This document shows positions 29,601 through 38,255 of a DNA stretch of 64,000 nucleotides, one piece after another. The notes under the pieces are model-generated. The model was not told the DNA's origin. It saw only the letters and a list, made by a program, of their open reading frames with translations, and ran no database searches. Where the stretch lies: contig JANWJV010000001.1 of the NCBI GenBank assembly GCA_025451785.1, forward strand, positions 1,136 through 65,135. The letters are read 5' to 3'. Each line of letters begins with the position of its first letter. Within the stretch, counting starts at the first letter, position 1. The translations under genes were made by a program, and so were the position numbers. The DNA comes from Bacteroidia bacterium (GTDB lineage Bacteria; Bacteroidota; Bacteroidia; JANWJV01).

Positions 29601-30576
29601 TGTTAGCTGCGCGGGACAAGCCGCAACGGCTTCGGCAACAGGTGCCGGCGGTACAGGCGCCTATAATTATCTCTGGAACAATGGCCAGGCCAGTCAAACA
29701 GCTACCGGCCTCACGAATGGAACATACACGGTGGTGATCACCGACGCGAACAATTGCACCGCAACAGCAACCGCTGTTGTGAATGCCAACGCGAGCCCTT
29801 CGGCTGTGTTCACTGGCGTGGATACAGTGGGATGCGTTCCGCTTTGTGTGACCTTCAACAATGCCTCAGCCAACATTGCCACCTGGTCGTGGACCTTTGG
29901 CGACGGAAGTACCGGTACAGGCGCTTCACCGAAACATTGTTATACTTCACCCGGAACCTATAGCGTTTCGCTTACGGTTATTGACAATAACGGTTGTACG
30001 GGGACCTATACCAAACCTAATTGGATACAAGTGTATCCCACAGTAACGGCAGCCTTCAGCGCTTCGCCGCAACCTACCACGGTGCTTAACCCTGTTATAC
30101 AATTCACCGACCAGAGCCAGAACGCCACCTCCTGGAAATGGAGCTTTGGCGACCTTCTTAACTCCACTTCTATCTTGCAGAATCCCAGTTTCAATTACAA
30201 AGACAGTGGTTGTTATAACGTGGTGCTCATTGCCGATAACCAATACAACTGTCCGGATACGGCCCAGGAACAAGTGTGCATACAAGGCGACTACGAACTA
30301 TACGCGCCCAATGCTTTTACTCCTGACGGCAGTGGTCTTAATGATCTGTGGAACGTAAAAGGCATTGGCATTGACCCCGCTCATTTCAAGCTATGGATAT
30401 TCGACCGCTGGGGCAATCTTATTTATGAGACCTCCGATCTTTACAAAGGCTGGGATGGCCGTGCCAACGGCGGCAAGGACATCGCGCAGCAAGACGTTTA
30501 CGTTTGGAAGGTGGCGACGCAGGATTTCATAGGCAATAAGCATAATTACATTGGACATATCAATCTCGTTCGGTAA
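26614..30576 (+). CDS. T9SS type-B CTD protein B1: FIENKGQ-type N-terminal domain, beta-propeller-like region, SprB repeats, PKD, CTD
   Basis: Signal peptide, FIENKGQ...YQNLYPGID...KYS...PGA...VVIDPW, SprB-like repeats, WTFGDG, PNAFTPDG CTD. Confidence 0.92.
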   Translation: MKNALSILIALFLLLKADAQSAPGGWTTDPFRQHAFIENKGQFDGKDKRRNSEIMYGVSNDGVDIYFTKEGITWRHDRSEREEKKMLPIIGGKIEEEEEKIELIAHMAHMNWEGADANVKIIASDPITSYYTYPDLSDRSGNKTLKAFAYKKIRYQNLYPGIDVEFVVHEKSGVKYSLHLQPGANASLVKMIYKGIEGISKDAEGNIRVSTRFGELVDHAPSSFYQGGKGIISSFELKGSSVSFKMGTYDHSKSVVIDPWLANPNYTGFNSAYDVNFDVAGNVYACGSYNPFKLVKVNNAGAVQWTFNAAQINATYYGDFATDEGTGTCYIVEGLNNGQGSNILKVNNQGIQTAKFNGNTQITEMWRCEYNRCIKKIVIAGGGVSFTFQAAMMDTSMSTLTPVNVLSTNKTFRDMALLGIDNNSNFCYMSTTKSVSAPTIADDNILIKCPIPALIPLGFAIRTFHRIGEMGSVCYVNNMVPNGNAPAVGFNGLTVSPTGVYTYDSDSVKRWNKNTGALLAAIDASATAPIYAGYTGSEIQVKWGGIWADECDNLYVGVDKAIKCYNSNLTLTNTIALSNTVFDVKLGVNNKLYACGVGFVQEIAVTPLNKTITMSATPSTGCSGCSGTATANITCGNGNLSGYGYSWSPGGQSTQTATALCAGIYTVTVTSYCVNSMSATVQVTGGSGSGLVVAGSTIGGGCGSLGSASATSSSGTGPYTYSWNPTGQNTQTATGLTNGTYTVTITDANGCSGTTSINVTNNGSLTANTTFSNVLCNGGVNGTASVTASGGSGTMTYSWSNGQTNQTATGLGSGTYTVTVTDNSGCSTSKTISVTQPAALALNQGQVNAGCNTTGSASVTASGGTGAFTYSWNNGQTSQTATGLAAGSYTVTVTDNNGCSTTAAYTITGGVGPTISGVNPTNVLCNGGTNGSATATGTGGTGTLTYSWSNGQATSNATGLTAGTYTVTVTDNNGCSTTTTVIVTEPPVLTVNANGTVSCAGQAATASATGAGGTGAYNYLWNNGQASQTATGLTNGTYTVVITDANNCTATATAVVNANASPSAVFTGVDTVGCVPLCVTFNNASANIATWSWTFGDGSTGTGASPKHCYTSPGTYSVSLTVIDNNGCTGTYTKPNWIQVYPTVTAAFSASPQPTTVLNPVIQFTDQSQNATSWKWSFGDLLNSTSILQNPSFNYKDSGCYNVVLIADNQYNCPDTAQEQVCIQGDYELYAPNAFTPDGSGLNDLWNVKGIGIDPAHFKLWIFDRWGNLIYETSDLYKGWDGRANGGKDIAQQDVYVWKVATQDFIGNKHNYIGHINLVR

Positions 30577-33500
30577 ATGAAAAAACTTTCTCTCCTACTC
30601 ATCGCCCTGTTCAGCTTCAGCGCTTCCCGTGCGCAGATGGAGGCGAACATATGGTACTTCGGCGCCAACGCCGGTGTAACCTTCGCGAGCGGCGCGCCTG
30701 TTGCCCTTACCAACGGCAATATGAACTCCTTTGAGGGGAGCGCCACTATTTGCGACGCGGCAGGCAACCTGCTGTTCTATACCGACGGCATGACGGTTTG
30801 GAACAAGACCATGGCGGTGATGACCAACGGGACAGGTCTAATGGGCAACTCCTCCTCCACTCAATCGGGCGTGATCATTAAGAAACCCGGAAGCAACACC
30901 ATCTATTACCTCTTTACTACCGATGCGCAAGCAGGGGCCAACGGCCTTCGCTGGTCGGAGATCGACCTGGCACAGTCGGGCGGCAACGGTGCTGTTACCG
31001 CTAACAAGAACATTCTCCTATGGGCCTCCACTACCGAGAGGATCGCCGGTGTAAGGCATTGTAATAATATTGATGTATGGGTGGTGACCCATGACTGGAA
31101 CTCAAACAACTTCCGCACCTATCCTGTCACGTCGGCAGGCATTGGCGCTGCAATAAATACGGCCATCGGCTCAGTGCACAATGGAACCACCGGCAATACC
31201 ATTGGTTATCTTAAAGCGTCGCCCGACGGAAAAAAACTTGCCTGCGCTATACGTTACTTAAGCGCTTTTGAGCTTTTCGACTTTAACAATTCCACGGGTG
31301 TGATCAGTAATTTTGTTTCGCTGGGCACCACATTCCCCTACACCTATGGTGTGGAGTTCTCTCCTGACGGAACAAGGCTTTACGGCAATTCTTCGCAGCC
31401 GGGAAGGATATGGCAATGGAACCTTTGCGCGGGAAGCAACGCGGCCATTGTGGCTTCAGCAACGCAGATCGGATCTTCTGCCCAAGGCTGGTTGGGTGCG
31501 CTTCAGATGGGAAGGGATAAAAAGATCTACATGTGTCGTTATACCGATCCCTGGCTGGCGGTGATCCCCAATCCTAATACACTCGGTACGGGCTGCGGTT
31601 ATACTGATAATGGCGTGAGCCTGCTGGGAAGAGCTTCCAACTTTGGTTTGCCTAACTACGTGGCCAACTATTTCAAAACGGTGCCGCCCTTCACTACGGT
31701 GATCAACTGCCTTAACGTGACCTTTACTCCGCCTACCGTAAATAACACCAATTGCTCCGGATCTACTAACGCGGTGGTATCGCAGTCGTGGAACTTTGGC
31801 GATCCTAACTCAGGTGGAAGTAATACTTCTACCAGCAGCACTTCTTCCCACACCTTTACAAGCTCCGGTACTTTTAACGTGGTATTGGTGCTTAACTACG
31901 CTTGCGGTTTCGATTCCATCAAACAAACCGTTACGGTTACCAGCTGCGGTATTACGGTAACCGCTCCCGGCGGAACTGTTTGTCCGGGCGGCTGTAAAAA
32001 CATCACGGCTACCGTAAGCGCGGGCACTTCGCCTTATACTTATTCCTGGAGCACCGGTGCTACTACGCAAAGTATTAATCCTTGTCCTACGATCACTACT
32101 TCCTATACCGTTCTGGCAACCGACGCTAACGGAGCCACTGCTTCAACGGTGGCAACGATAACGGTGAGCAGTGCTATTGTTATAAATACCACGGTGCAGA
32201 ATGTGAAATGCAATGGAGGGACCACAGGTTCGGCAACCTCTACAGTAAGCGGCGGCACTTCGCCCTATACGTATTCGTGGAGCAATGCTCAAACAGGTTC
32301 AAGTACTTCGGGCCTTGGCCAGGGCAATTACACCTTAACGGTTACTGACGCTAACGGTTGTACCGGTACGGCTACCGTTGTTATTACGCAGCCCAGCCAG
32401 TTGGCAGTAGCAGTTGCAGGAGGCAGTATCAGTTGTAATGGTGGTAATAATGGCTCGTTGAGCGCAACCGCCTCCGGAGGAACTTCTAACTATACCTATA
32501 GCTGGAGCAACGCCCAGACAGGAGCTACAGCAACGGGATTAATAGCGGGCACCTACACAGTAACAGTAACGGACGCGAATGGATGTACTGCTACTGCTAC
32601 TGCCACCGCTACCCAGCCAACTGCCATTGCTATTCAAACGTCAACCACCAACGCTACCTGCGCGCAAGCAGGAACTATAAGTACGACCGTAACAGGCGGC
32701 ACCGGCTCCTACACTTATACCTGGAGCAACGGTCAAACAGGAGCTACGGCTACCGGTCTGAGCGCCGGAACGTATATTGTAGGTGTGGCTGACGCGAATG
32801 GCTGCACGAAGACAGCTACCGCCACCATTACAGGCATTGCCGGCCCTACAGCGGCAGGCATGAGCACGGTGAACAATGTGCTTTGTAACGGCGGCACTAC
32901 TGGTTCGGCAACAGCAACCGCAACCGGCGGTACAGGTTCTTACACTTACAGCTGGAGCAATACGCTTACCAACGCAACTGCCACCGGTCTTGCCGCGGGT
33001 ACATATACCGTAACCATTACCGACGCGAACAACTGCAGCATAACCGCCGCCGTAACTATCACCGAGCCCACGGCCCTGGTAGTAACGGCGAATGGAAGCA
33101 GTGCTTGCCTTAATGCTACCGCTACCGGAAGCGCCAGCGGCGGAACAGGCACTTACAATTACCTGTGGAGCAATGGCCAGAACACCCAGAACGCTACCGG
33201 CCTTAACGCAGGCGTGTATACGCTTACCGTTACTGATGCTAACGGATGTACCTCGCAGGATACAGCCCTTGTTTCGATCAGCCCTCCCCCATTGGTAGCC
33301 TTTGCGGCCGATGATTCAGCGGGCTGTGTGGCTTTGTGTGTGAACTTTACCTGCAACAGCTCCAACATTACCAGCTATACCTGGAATTTTGGTGATGGCA
33401 GCAATGGTAATGGTTCTACAGTGAACCACTGCTATAAAAACACCGGTTCATTTACTGTTACGCTTACGGTTACCGATAATAACGGCTGTACCGGTTCGCT

Positions 33501-34068
33501 GACCAAGAACAGCTATATAAGTGTTTATCCAAATGTGGTGGCGTCTTTCACATCCGCCCCCCAGCCCACGACGATCCTGAATCCAACGATCACCTTTACG
33601 GACATGAGCCAGGGCGGAGCGAACACATGGAGCTGGACATTCCTCGACGATGGAAGTACCAGCACCCTCCAGAATCCCAGGCATACCTATAAGGACAGCG
33701 GCTGCTACAACGTGCAGCTCATAGCTGATAACCAATACAATTGTCCTGACACCACTTCAGAAGTGATCTGCATCAACGGCGACTTTGAGCTTTTCGCGCC
33801 CAATGCATTCACTCCTGACGGTACCGGTCTTAATGATAACTGGAACGTGAAAGGCATCGGCATTGACCCAAATCATTTTGAACTGTATATCTACGATCGC
33901 TGGGGAAATCTCATCTTCAAGACCACTGATCTTTACGAAGGCTGGAATGGTCATGCCAACGGTGGCAAGGACATTGCTCAGCAGGACGTTTACGTTTGGA
34001 AGGCCTTTGTGAGGGATTACCAGGGAGGTAAACACAATTACATTGGACACGTTACGCTTGTCAGATAA
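30577..34068 (+). CDS. T9SS type-B CTD protein A2: NIWYFG-type beta-propeller head, PKD, SprB repeats, PKD, CTD
   Basis: Signal peptide, NIWYFG...EGSATICD..GNLLFYTDG..VWN, SPDGKKLA, YGVEFSPDG..LY, LQMG.DKKIY, FGLPNY, then the same stalk/CTD layout as A1. Confidence 0.92.
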   Translation: MKKLSLLLIALFSFSASRAQMEANIWYFGANAGVTFASGAPVALTNGNMNSFEGSATICDAAGNLLFYTDGMTVWNKTMAVMTNGTGLMGNSSSTQSGVIIKKPGSNTIYYLFTTDAQAGANGLRWSEIDLAQSGGNGAVTANKNILLWASTTERIAGVRHCNNIDVWVVTHDWNSNNFRTYPVTSAGIGAAINTAIGSVHNGTTGNTIGYLKASPDGKKLACAIRYLSAFELFDFNNSTGVISNFVSLGTTFPYTYGVEFSPDGTRLYGNSSQPGRIWQWNLCAGSNAAIVASATQIGSSAQGWLGALQMGRDKKIYMCRYTDPWLAVIPNPNTLGTGCGYTDNGVSLLGRASNFGLPNYVANYFKTVPPFTTVINCLNVTFTPPTVNNTNCSGSTNAVVSQSWNFGDPNSGGSNTSTSSTSSHTFTSSGTFNVVLVLNYACGFDSIKQTVTVTSCGITVTAPGGTVCPGGCKNITATVSAGTSPYTYSWSTGATTQSINPCPTITTSYTVLATDANGATASTVATITVSSAIVINTTVQNVKCNGGTTGSATSTVSGGTSPYTYSWSNAQTGSSTSGLGQGNYTLTVTDANGCTGTATVVITQPSQLAVAVAGGSISCNGGNNGSLSATASGGTSNYTYSWSNAQTGATATGLIAGTYTVTVTDANGCTATATATATQPTAIAIQTSTTNATCAQAGTISTTVTGGTGSYTYTWSNGQTGATATGLSAGTYIVGVADANGCTKTATATITGIAGPTAAGMSTVNNVLCNGGTTGSATATATGGTGSYTYSWSNTLTNATATGLAAGTYTVTITDANNCSITAAVTITEPTALVVTANGSSACLNATATGSASGGTGTYNYLWSNGQNTQNATGLNAGVYTLTVTDANGCTSQDTALVSISPPPLVAFAADDSAGCVALCVNFTCNSSNITSYTWNFGDGSNGNGSTVNHCYKNTGSFTVTLTVTDNNGCTGSLTKNSYISVYPNVVASFTSAPQPTTILNPTITFTDMSQGGANTWSWTFLDDGSTSTLQNPRHTYKDSGCYNVQLIADNQYNCPDTTSEVICINGDFELFAPNAFTPDGTGLNDNWNVKGIGIDPNHFELYIYDRWGNLIFKTTDLYEGWNGHANGGKDIAQQDVYVWKAFVRDYQGGKHNYIGHVTLVR

Positions 34069-34076
34069 AAAGACCT

Positions 34077-37000
34077 ATGAAAAATAACCCCTTCGTTCGT
34101 TTCGCCTTTATTGCCAGCATAGCGCTTGCCTTTTCAGGCGAAGCGCTTGCGCAGCAAACTACTTCCAAAGGCTGGAGCCTGAATCCTTATGAGCAGAAAG
34201 TGTTCATTGAGAACCAGGGCCAGTTCAATGGCAAGGACAAGCTAAGGAACTCTCAGATACTTTTTGGTGTGGACAATCTGGGTGTACAAATGTATTTTAC
34301 CGCCAAGGGTCTCACCTATCGTTACGATGAAACGGAGGTGATCCCCGGCGACAGGAAGGAGGAAGTGAACAAGGCAGGCGGTGAAAAGGATGAAGAAGAA
34401 AGAGAAAAAGAGGAAAAGAAGCGCAAGATCATCACACAGACACATACTGCTCACCTCGAATGGTTAGGCGCCAACCCTAACGCGCAGCTGCTGGCCGAAG
34501 AGATGGCCACTGAATATTCGAGCTATGCCAACGAGGAAGATCCCCAGCATCAGTTGGTGACCCATGCCCGTTCTTACCGTAAACTGCTTTACAAGAACCT
34601 CTACCCTAACATCGATGTAGAATACATCTTCCACAAGACCTCGGGAATGAAATACACGATTATCCTTCATCCTGGCGCAGACCTTACGCAGGTGAAGATG
34701 AAGTGGGATGGTGATAAGTCAGTTTTCAAAGCGCAGGATGGTAATATCCATGTGCCTACCCATTATGGTGATATCGTTGATCACGCACCGCTTAGTTTTT
34801 TTGAAGGTGGGGATGTTGTTCGTTCTTCATTCCAGTTCGAGAAAGGAGTTGTTTCTTTTTCACTTGATCTCACCGCAAGTCAAAAATCAAAGATCAGCAA
34901 TCAAAAATTGATCATCGATCCATGGACGATCAACCCGGGCCTTACGATCCAAAACAAAGCAATGGATATTGAGAAGGATAAAGCCGGTAACGTTTATGTG
35001 TTTGGCGGTAAGACACCTTACAAGCTGAAGAAGTACGATATCAACGGCAACCTGCTTTGGACATTCAATACCCCTTACAACGGCTGGTACGGCGATATGG
35101 CGGTAGATAATCCCGGTAACGCGTTCATCTCCGAAGGTTATAACCAGGCGAACTCTTTTCCCAACCTGATCAAGGTAAACCCCGCGGGTGTTCAGCTGTT
35201 TCTTTACTCCATTAACGGATGCTGCGAGTTTTGGTCATTGGCCTTTAACTGCAGTTATACCCAGCTTACGGTAGCGGGTGGCCTTTGGTCAGGGCGTATC
35301 TCCAATGTGAACACCACCAACGGTACAGTGACCGGCACTACTAATATCAATCCCGGCGAATCGAGGAGTATGACCATGGGGCCCAACGGTCGTTTTTATT
35401 CCATTACCACCACCAATCAATTGGTATGTGTGAACGGTGCCTTTGCCAATGTATTTACGGTGGGCAATGGTTACGCTTTTACGTACAATATGCCTTTGTA
35501 TACCAATGGGTCCACACAGCAAGGCGGCTCCAACTTCATTACGGTGTATAGCAACTTTGTGTATACCACCAATGGCGCGCGTCTCGATAAATGGAATGCC
35601 ACTACAGGCGGCAATCTTGGCGGCGTGGTATTACCCGGAGGAGTATTCGGTATGAACGGCGGTATTTTTTGCGATGCCTGTGGAAATATCTTCGTAGGAA
35701 CTTCCAACTCAGTTCTCAAATACGATCCCAGCCTTACACTGCTTAGCACCACCAATACCGCTAACCCGGTGTATGACGTATCGCAAGGTACCGGCAGCGA
35801 GGTGCTTGCTTGTGGCGACAACTTCGCTTCTTCACTCAATATTTCCAGCACCAATTGCTCCGTGAGCCTTACGTTGAGCAAAGCCTCTACAGGCATTGGC
35901 TGCGGAGGTGGTAATACCGGCACTGCCAGCGTTACTGCTTTAGGCGGCACCGGGCCCTATACTTATTCATGGAACCCGGGAGGTTTTACTACTTCTTCGC
36001 TCACGGGTCTCTCTGCTGGTACTTATACCTGCTTAGTGACCGATGCTTCCTCTTGTTATTCCGATACCATAAGCGTAACAATAACTTCTACCGGCGGCGG
36101 ATTGAACTCCACCATGTCGTCGGTAGGTGCGTTGTGCAACGGCGGCAACAACGGTACTGCCACCATTACAGCTAACGGAGGAACATCGCCTTATACCTAT
36201 TCCTGGACCTCCTTAGGACAAAACACACAAACAGCCACCGGCCTTAGCGCGGGTACTTATACCGTTACGATCACTGATGCCACTGGCTGCAGCGGAACCA
36301 AAACGGTAACCGTAACGCAGCCAACAGCGGTAACGGTTAACCAAAGCCAGGTAAATGCCGGCTGTAATGCCACCGGCAGCGCTTCCGTGACCGGCAGCGG
36401 CGGAACAGGTGCTTTTACCTATAGCTGGAACAACGGACAAACCAATCAAACGGCTACCGCTCTTGCCGCCGGCAGTTATACGGCAACGGTAACTGATAAT
36501 AACGGCTGCTCAAAAACAACCACCTTCACCATTACAGGTGGAACGGGACCAACTATAAGCGGCGTAACCCCAACCAATGTACTTTGCAATGGAGGTACAA
36601 GCGGTATTGCTACTGCCACAGGATCTGGCGGAACAGGGGCCCTCACCTACTCATGGAACAACGGCCAGAACACACAAGGCGCTACGGGCCTTAGTGCAGG
36701 AACTTATACGGTAACGGTATCTGACAACAATGGTTGTACGTCAACCACCACAGTAGTCATTACCGAGCCTCCTGTACTTACAGTGAATGCAAACGGAACG
36801 GCGGCTTGCTCGGGATCCAACGCCCAGGCTTCTTCTACGGCGGCGGGCGGTTTTGGTGCCTTTACCTATTCCTGGAACAACGGGCAGAATACCGCTACAG
36901 CTACAGGCCTTAGCACCGGCAATTATACAGTTACCATCACCGATGCCAATGGATGTACGGCCCAGGCTACAACAGCTGTTAACTCACAGGCCATTCCTTC

Positions 37001-37775
37001 GGCGGTATTTACTGGTGTTGATACCGCGGGCTGCGCCCCGCTTTGCGTCACTTTTAATAATACCACGGCGAATATCACCAATTGGTCATGGAATTTTGGC
37101 GATGGTAACAATGGTACCGGCGCTTCACCCAAGCATTGTTACACTTCACCCGGTACTTACAGCGTAACGCTTACGGTTACTGATAATAACGGCTGTACCA
37201 GCACCTACGCGAAGAACAACTGGATACAGGTATATCCGCAGGTGACGGCTGGCTTTAGCGCTTCGCCGCAGCCCACTACCATTCTTAATCCTACCATCCA
37301 GTTCACCGACCAAAGTTTGAACGCCTCTTCCTGGAGCTGGAGCTTTGGCGATATACTTAACTCTACTTCAAACCTGCAAAATCCTACGTTCAATTACAAA
37401 GACAGCGGCTGTTACAATGTGCAGCTCATTGCCGATAACCAATACAATTGCGCCGACACCGCCAATGAACTGGTGTGCATACAGGGCGACTACGAGCTGT
37501 TCGCTCCCAACGCTTTTACTCCTGACGGCAGCGGTCTCAACGATGTGTGGAATGTAAAGGGCATCGGTATTGATCCCAATAACTTTAAGATGTGGATATT
37601 CGACCGCTGGGGTAATTTGATCTTCGAAACTTCAGACCTGTACCAGGGTTGGAACGGAAAGGCCAACGGAGGCAAAGAGATCGCGCAGCAGGATGTGTAT
37701 GTTTGGAAAGTGGCAACGAAAGACTTCTTAGGCAATAAGCATAATTATATCGGGCACGTTTCATTGGTAAGATAA
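34077..37775 (+). CDS. T9SS type-B CTD protein B2, paralog of B1
   Basis: Signal peptide, FIENQGQ...YKNLYPNID...IIDPW, D..GN.(Y/F) propeller blades, SprB repeats, PKD, PNAFTPDG CTD. Confidence 0.92.
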   Translation: MKNNPFVRFAFIASIALAFSGEALAQQTTSKGWSLNPYEQKVFIENQGQFNGKDKLRNSQILFGVDNLGVQMYFTAKGLTYRYDETEVIPGDRKEEVNKAGGEKDEEEREKEEKKRKIITQTHTAHLEWLGANPNAQLLAEEMATEYSSYANEEDPQHQLVTHARSYRKLLYKNLYPNIDVEYIFHKTSGMKYTIILHPGADLTQVKMKWDGDKSVFKAQDGNIHVPTHYGDIVDHAPLSFFEGGDVVRSSFQFEKGVVSFSLDLTASQKSKISNQKLIIDPWTINPGLTIQNKAMDIEKDKAGNVYVFGGKTPYKLKKYDINGNLLWTFNTPYNGWYGDMAVDNPGNAFISEGYNQANSFPNLIKVNPAGVQLFLYSINGCCEFWSLAFNCSYTQLTVAGGLWSGRISNVNTTNGTVTGTTNINPGESRSMTMGPNGRFYSITTTNQLVCVNGAFANVFTVGNGYAFTYNMPLYTNGSTQQGGSNFITVYSNFVYTTNGARLDKWNATTGGNLGGVVLPGGVFGMNGGIFCDACGNIFVGTSNSVLKYDPSLTLLSTTNTANPVYDVSQGTGSEVLACGDNFASSLNISSTNCSVSLTLSKASTGIGCGGGNTGTASVTALGGTGPYTYSWNPGGFTTSSLTGLSAGTYTCLVTDASSCYSDTISVTITSTGGGLNSTMSSVGALCNGGNNGTATITANGGTSPYTYSWTSLGQNTQTATGLSAGTYTVTITDATGCSGTKTVTVTQPTAVTVNQSQVNAGCNATGSASVTGSGGTGAFTYSWNNGQTNQTATALAAGSYTATVTDNNGCSKTTTFTITGGTGPTISGVTPTNVLCNGGTSGIATATGSGGTGALTYSWNNGQNTQGATGLSAGTYTVTVSDNNGCTSTTTVVITEPPVLTVNANGTAACSGSNAQASSTAAGGFGAFTYSWNNGQNTATATGLSTGNYTVTITDANGCTAQATTAVNSQAIPSAVFTGVDTAGCAPLCVTFNNTTANITNWSWNFGDGNNGTGASPKHCYTSPGTYSVTLTVTDNNGCTSTYAKNNWIQVYPQVTAGFSASPQPTTILNPTIQFTDQSLNASSWSWSFGDILNSTSNLQNPTFNYKDSGCYNVQLIADNQYNCADTANELVCIQGDYELFAPNAFTPDGSGLNDVWNVKGIGIDPNNFKMWIFDRWGNLIFETSDLYQGWNGKANGGKEIAQQDVYVWKVATKDFLGNKHNYIGHVSLVR

Positions 37776-38254
37776 TGGCGGATAAGTTTTTTGATTCGAA
37801 AGAGTATACCACTCTTTATCTCGGCGCATCGGGCGCTGAGAATGGCGCGAAAGGCATAGAGGCTCTGGTTGACCTGCTAAGCAACCCGGAAAACCGCGAG
37901 GTAAGGGAAGATGTGCTGAAGCTCCTGAGGATGGAGAAAAAAGCACAAGCTTTATTGTTGGAGGCTATCAATGATAAACAGTACAAGGAGCAGTATCAGT
38001 TCCTGGTAGCTGCCTGCTGGGAAGCCGGTATCGATTGCGATAATAACATCGTTCTGTTTACCGATATCGCCATCAGCGGCGATCTTGCCACAGCCATAGA
38101 GGCCATTACCGTTATTGAGGAAATGCCAGGCCCTTTTAAAGAAAAGGATATTGAGGAATGTATAGCTAAGCTGGGAAAGGCTGTGAAAAGCCCGGCCCCC
38201 GGTAAGGAAGAACTGCTGAAAGACCTTTCACTGTTTATGGAGAACCTCCGCTGA
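37775..38254 (+). CDS. Hypothetical all-helical (HEAT-repeat-like) protein
   Basis: 159 aa, no signal peptide, AACWEAG and AIEAITVIE motifs. TAATG overlap with the B2 stop. Confidence 0.75.
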   Translation: MADKFFDSKEYTTLYLGASGAENGAKGIEALVDLLSNPENREVREDVLKLLRMEKKAQALLLEAINDKQYKEQYQFLVAACWEAGIDCDNNIVLFTDIAISGDLATAIEAITVIEEMPGPFKEKDIEECIAKLGKAVKSPAPGKEELLKDLSLFMENLR

Positions 38255-38255
38255 A

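Noticed and set aside
23328..37735. Long antisense ORFs over the adhesin genes (e.g. 25368-26270, 300 aa; 27331-28578, 415 aa)
   Set aside because: They are shadows of Thr/Gly/Asn-rich coding sequence, have no recognisable motifs and lie wholly inside well-supported genes.
26250..37775. Repeated 3' ends as possible diversity-generating retroelement VR/TR pairs
   Set aside because: There is no reverse transcriptase or non-coding template copy in the window. Differences look mostly synonymous rather than adenine-specific, and the region encodes a secretion signal.
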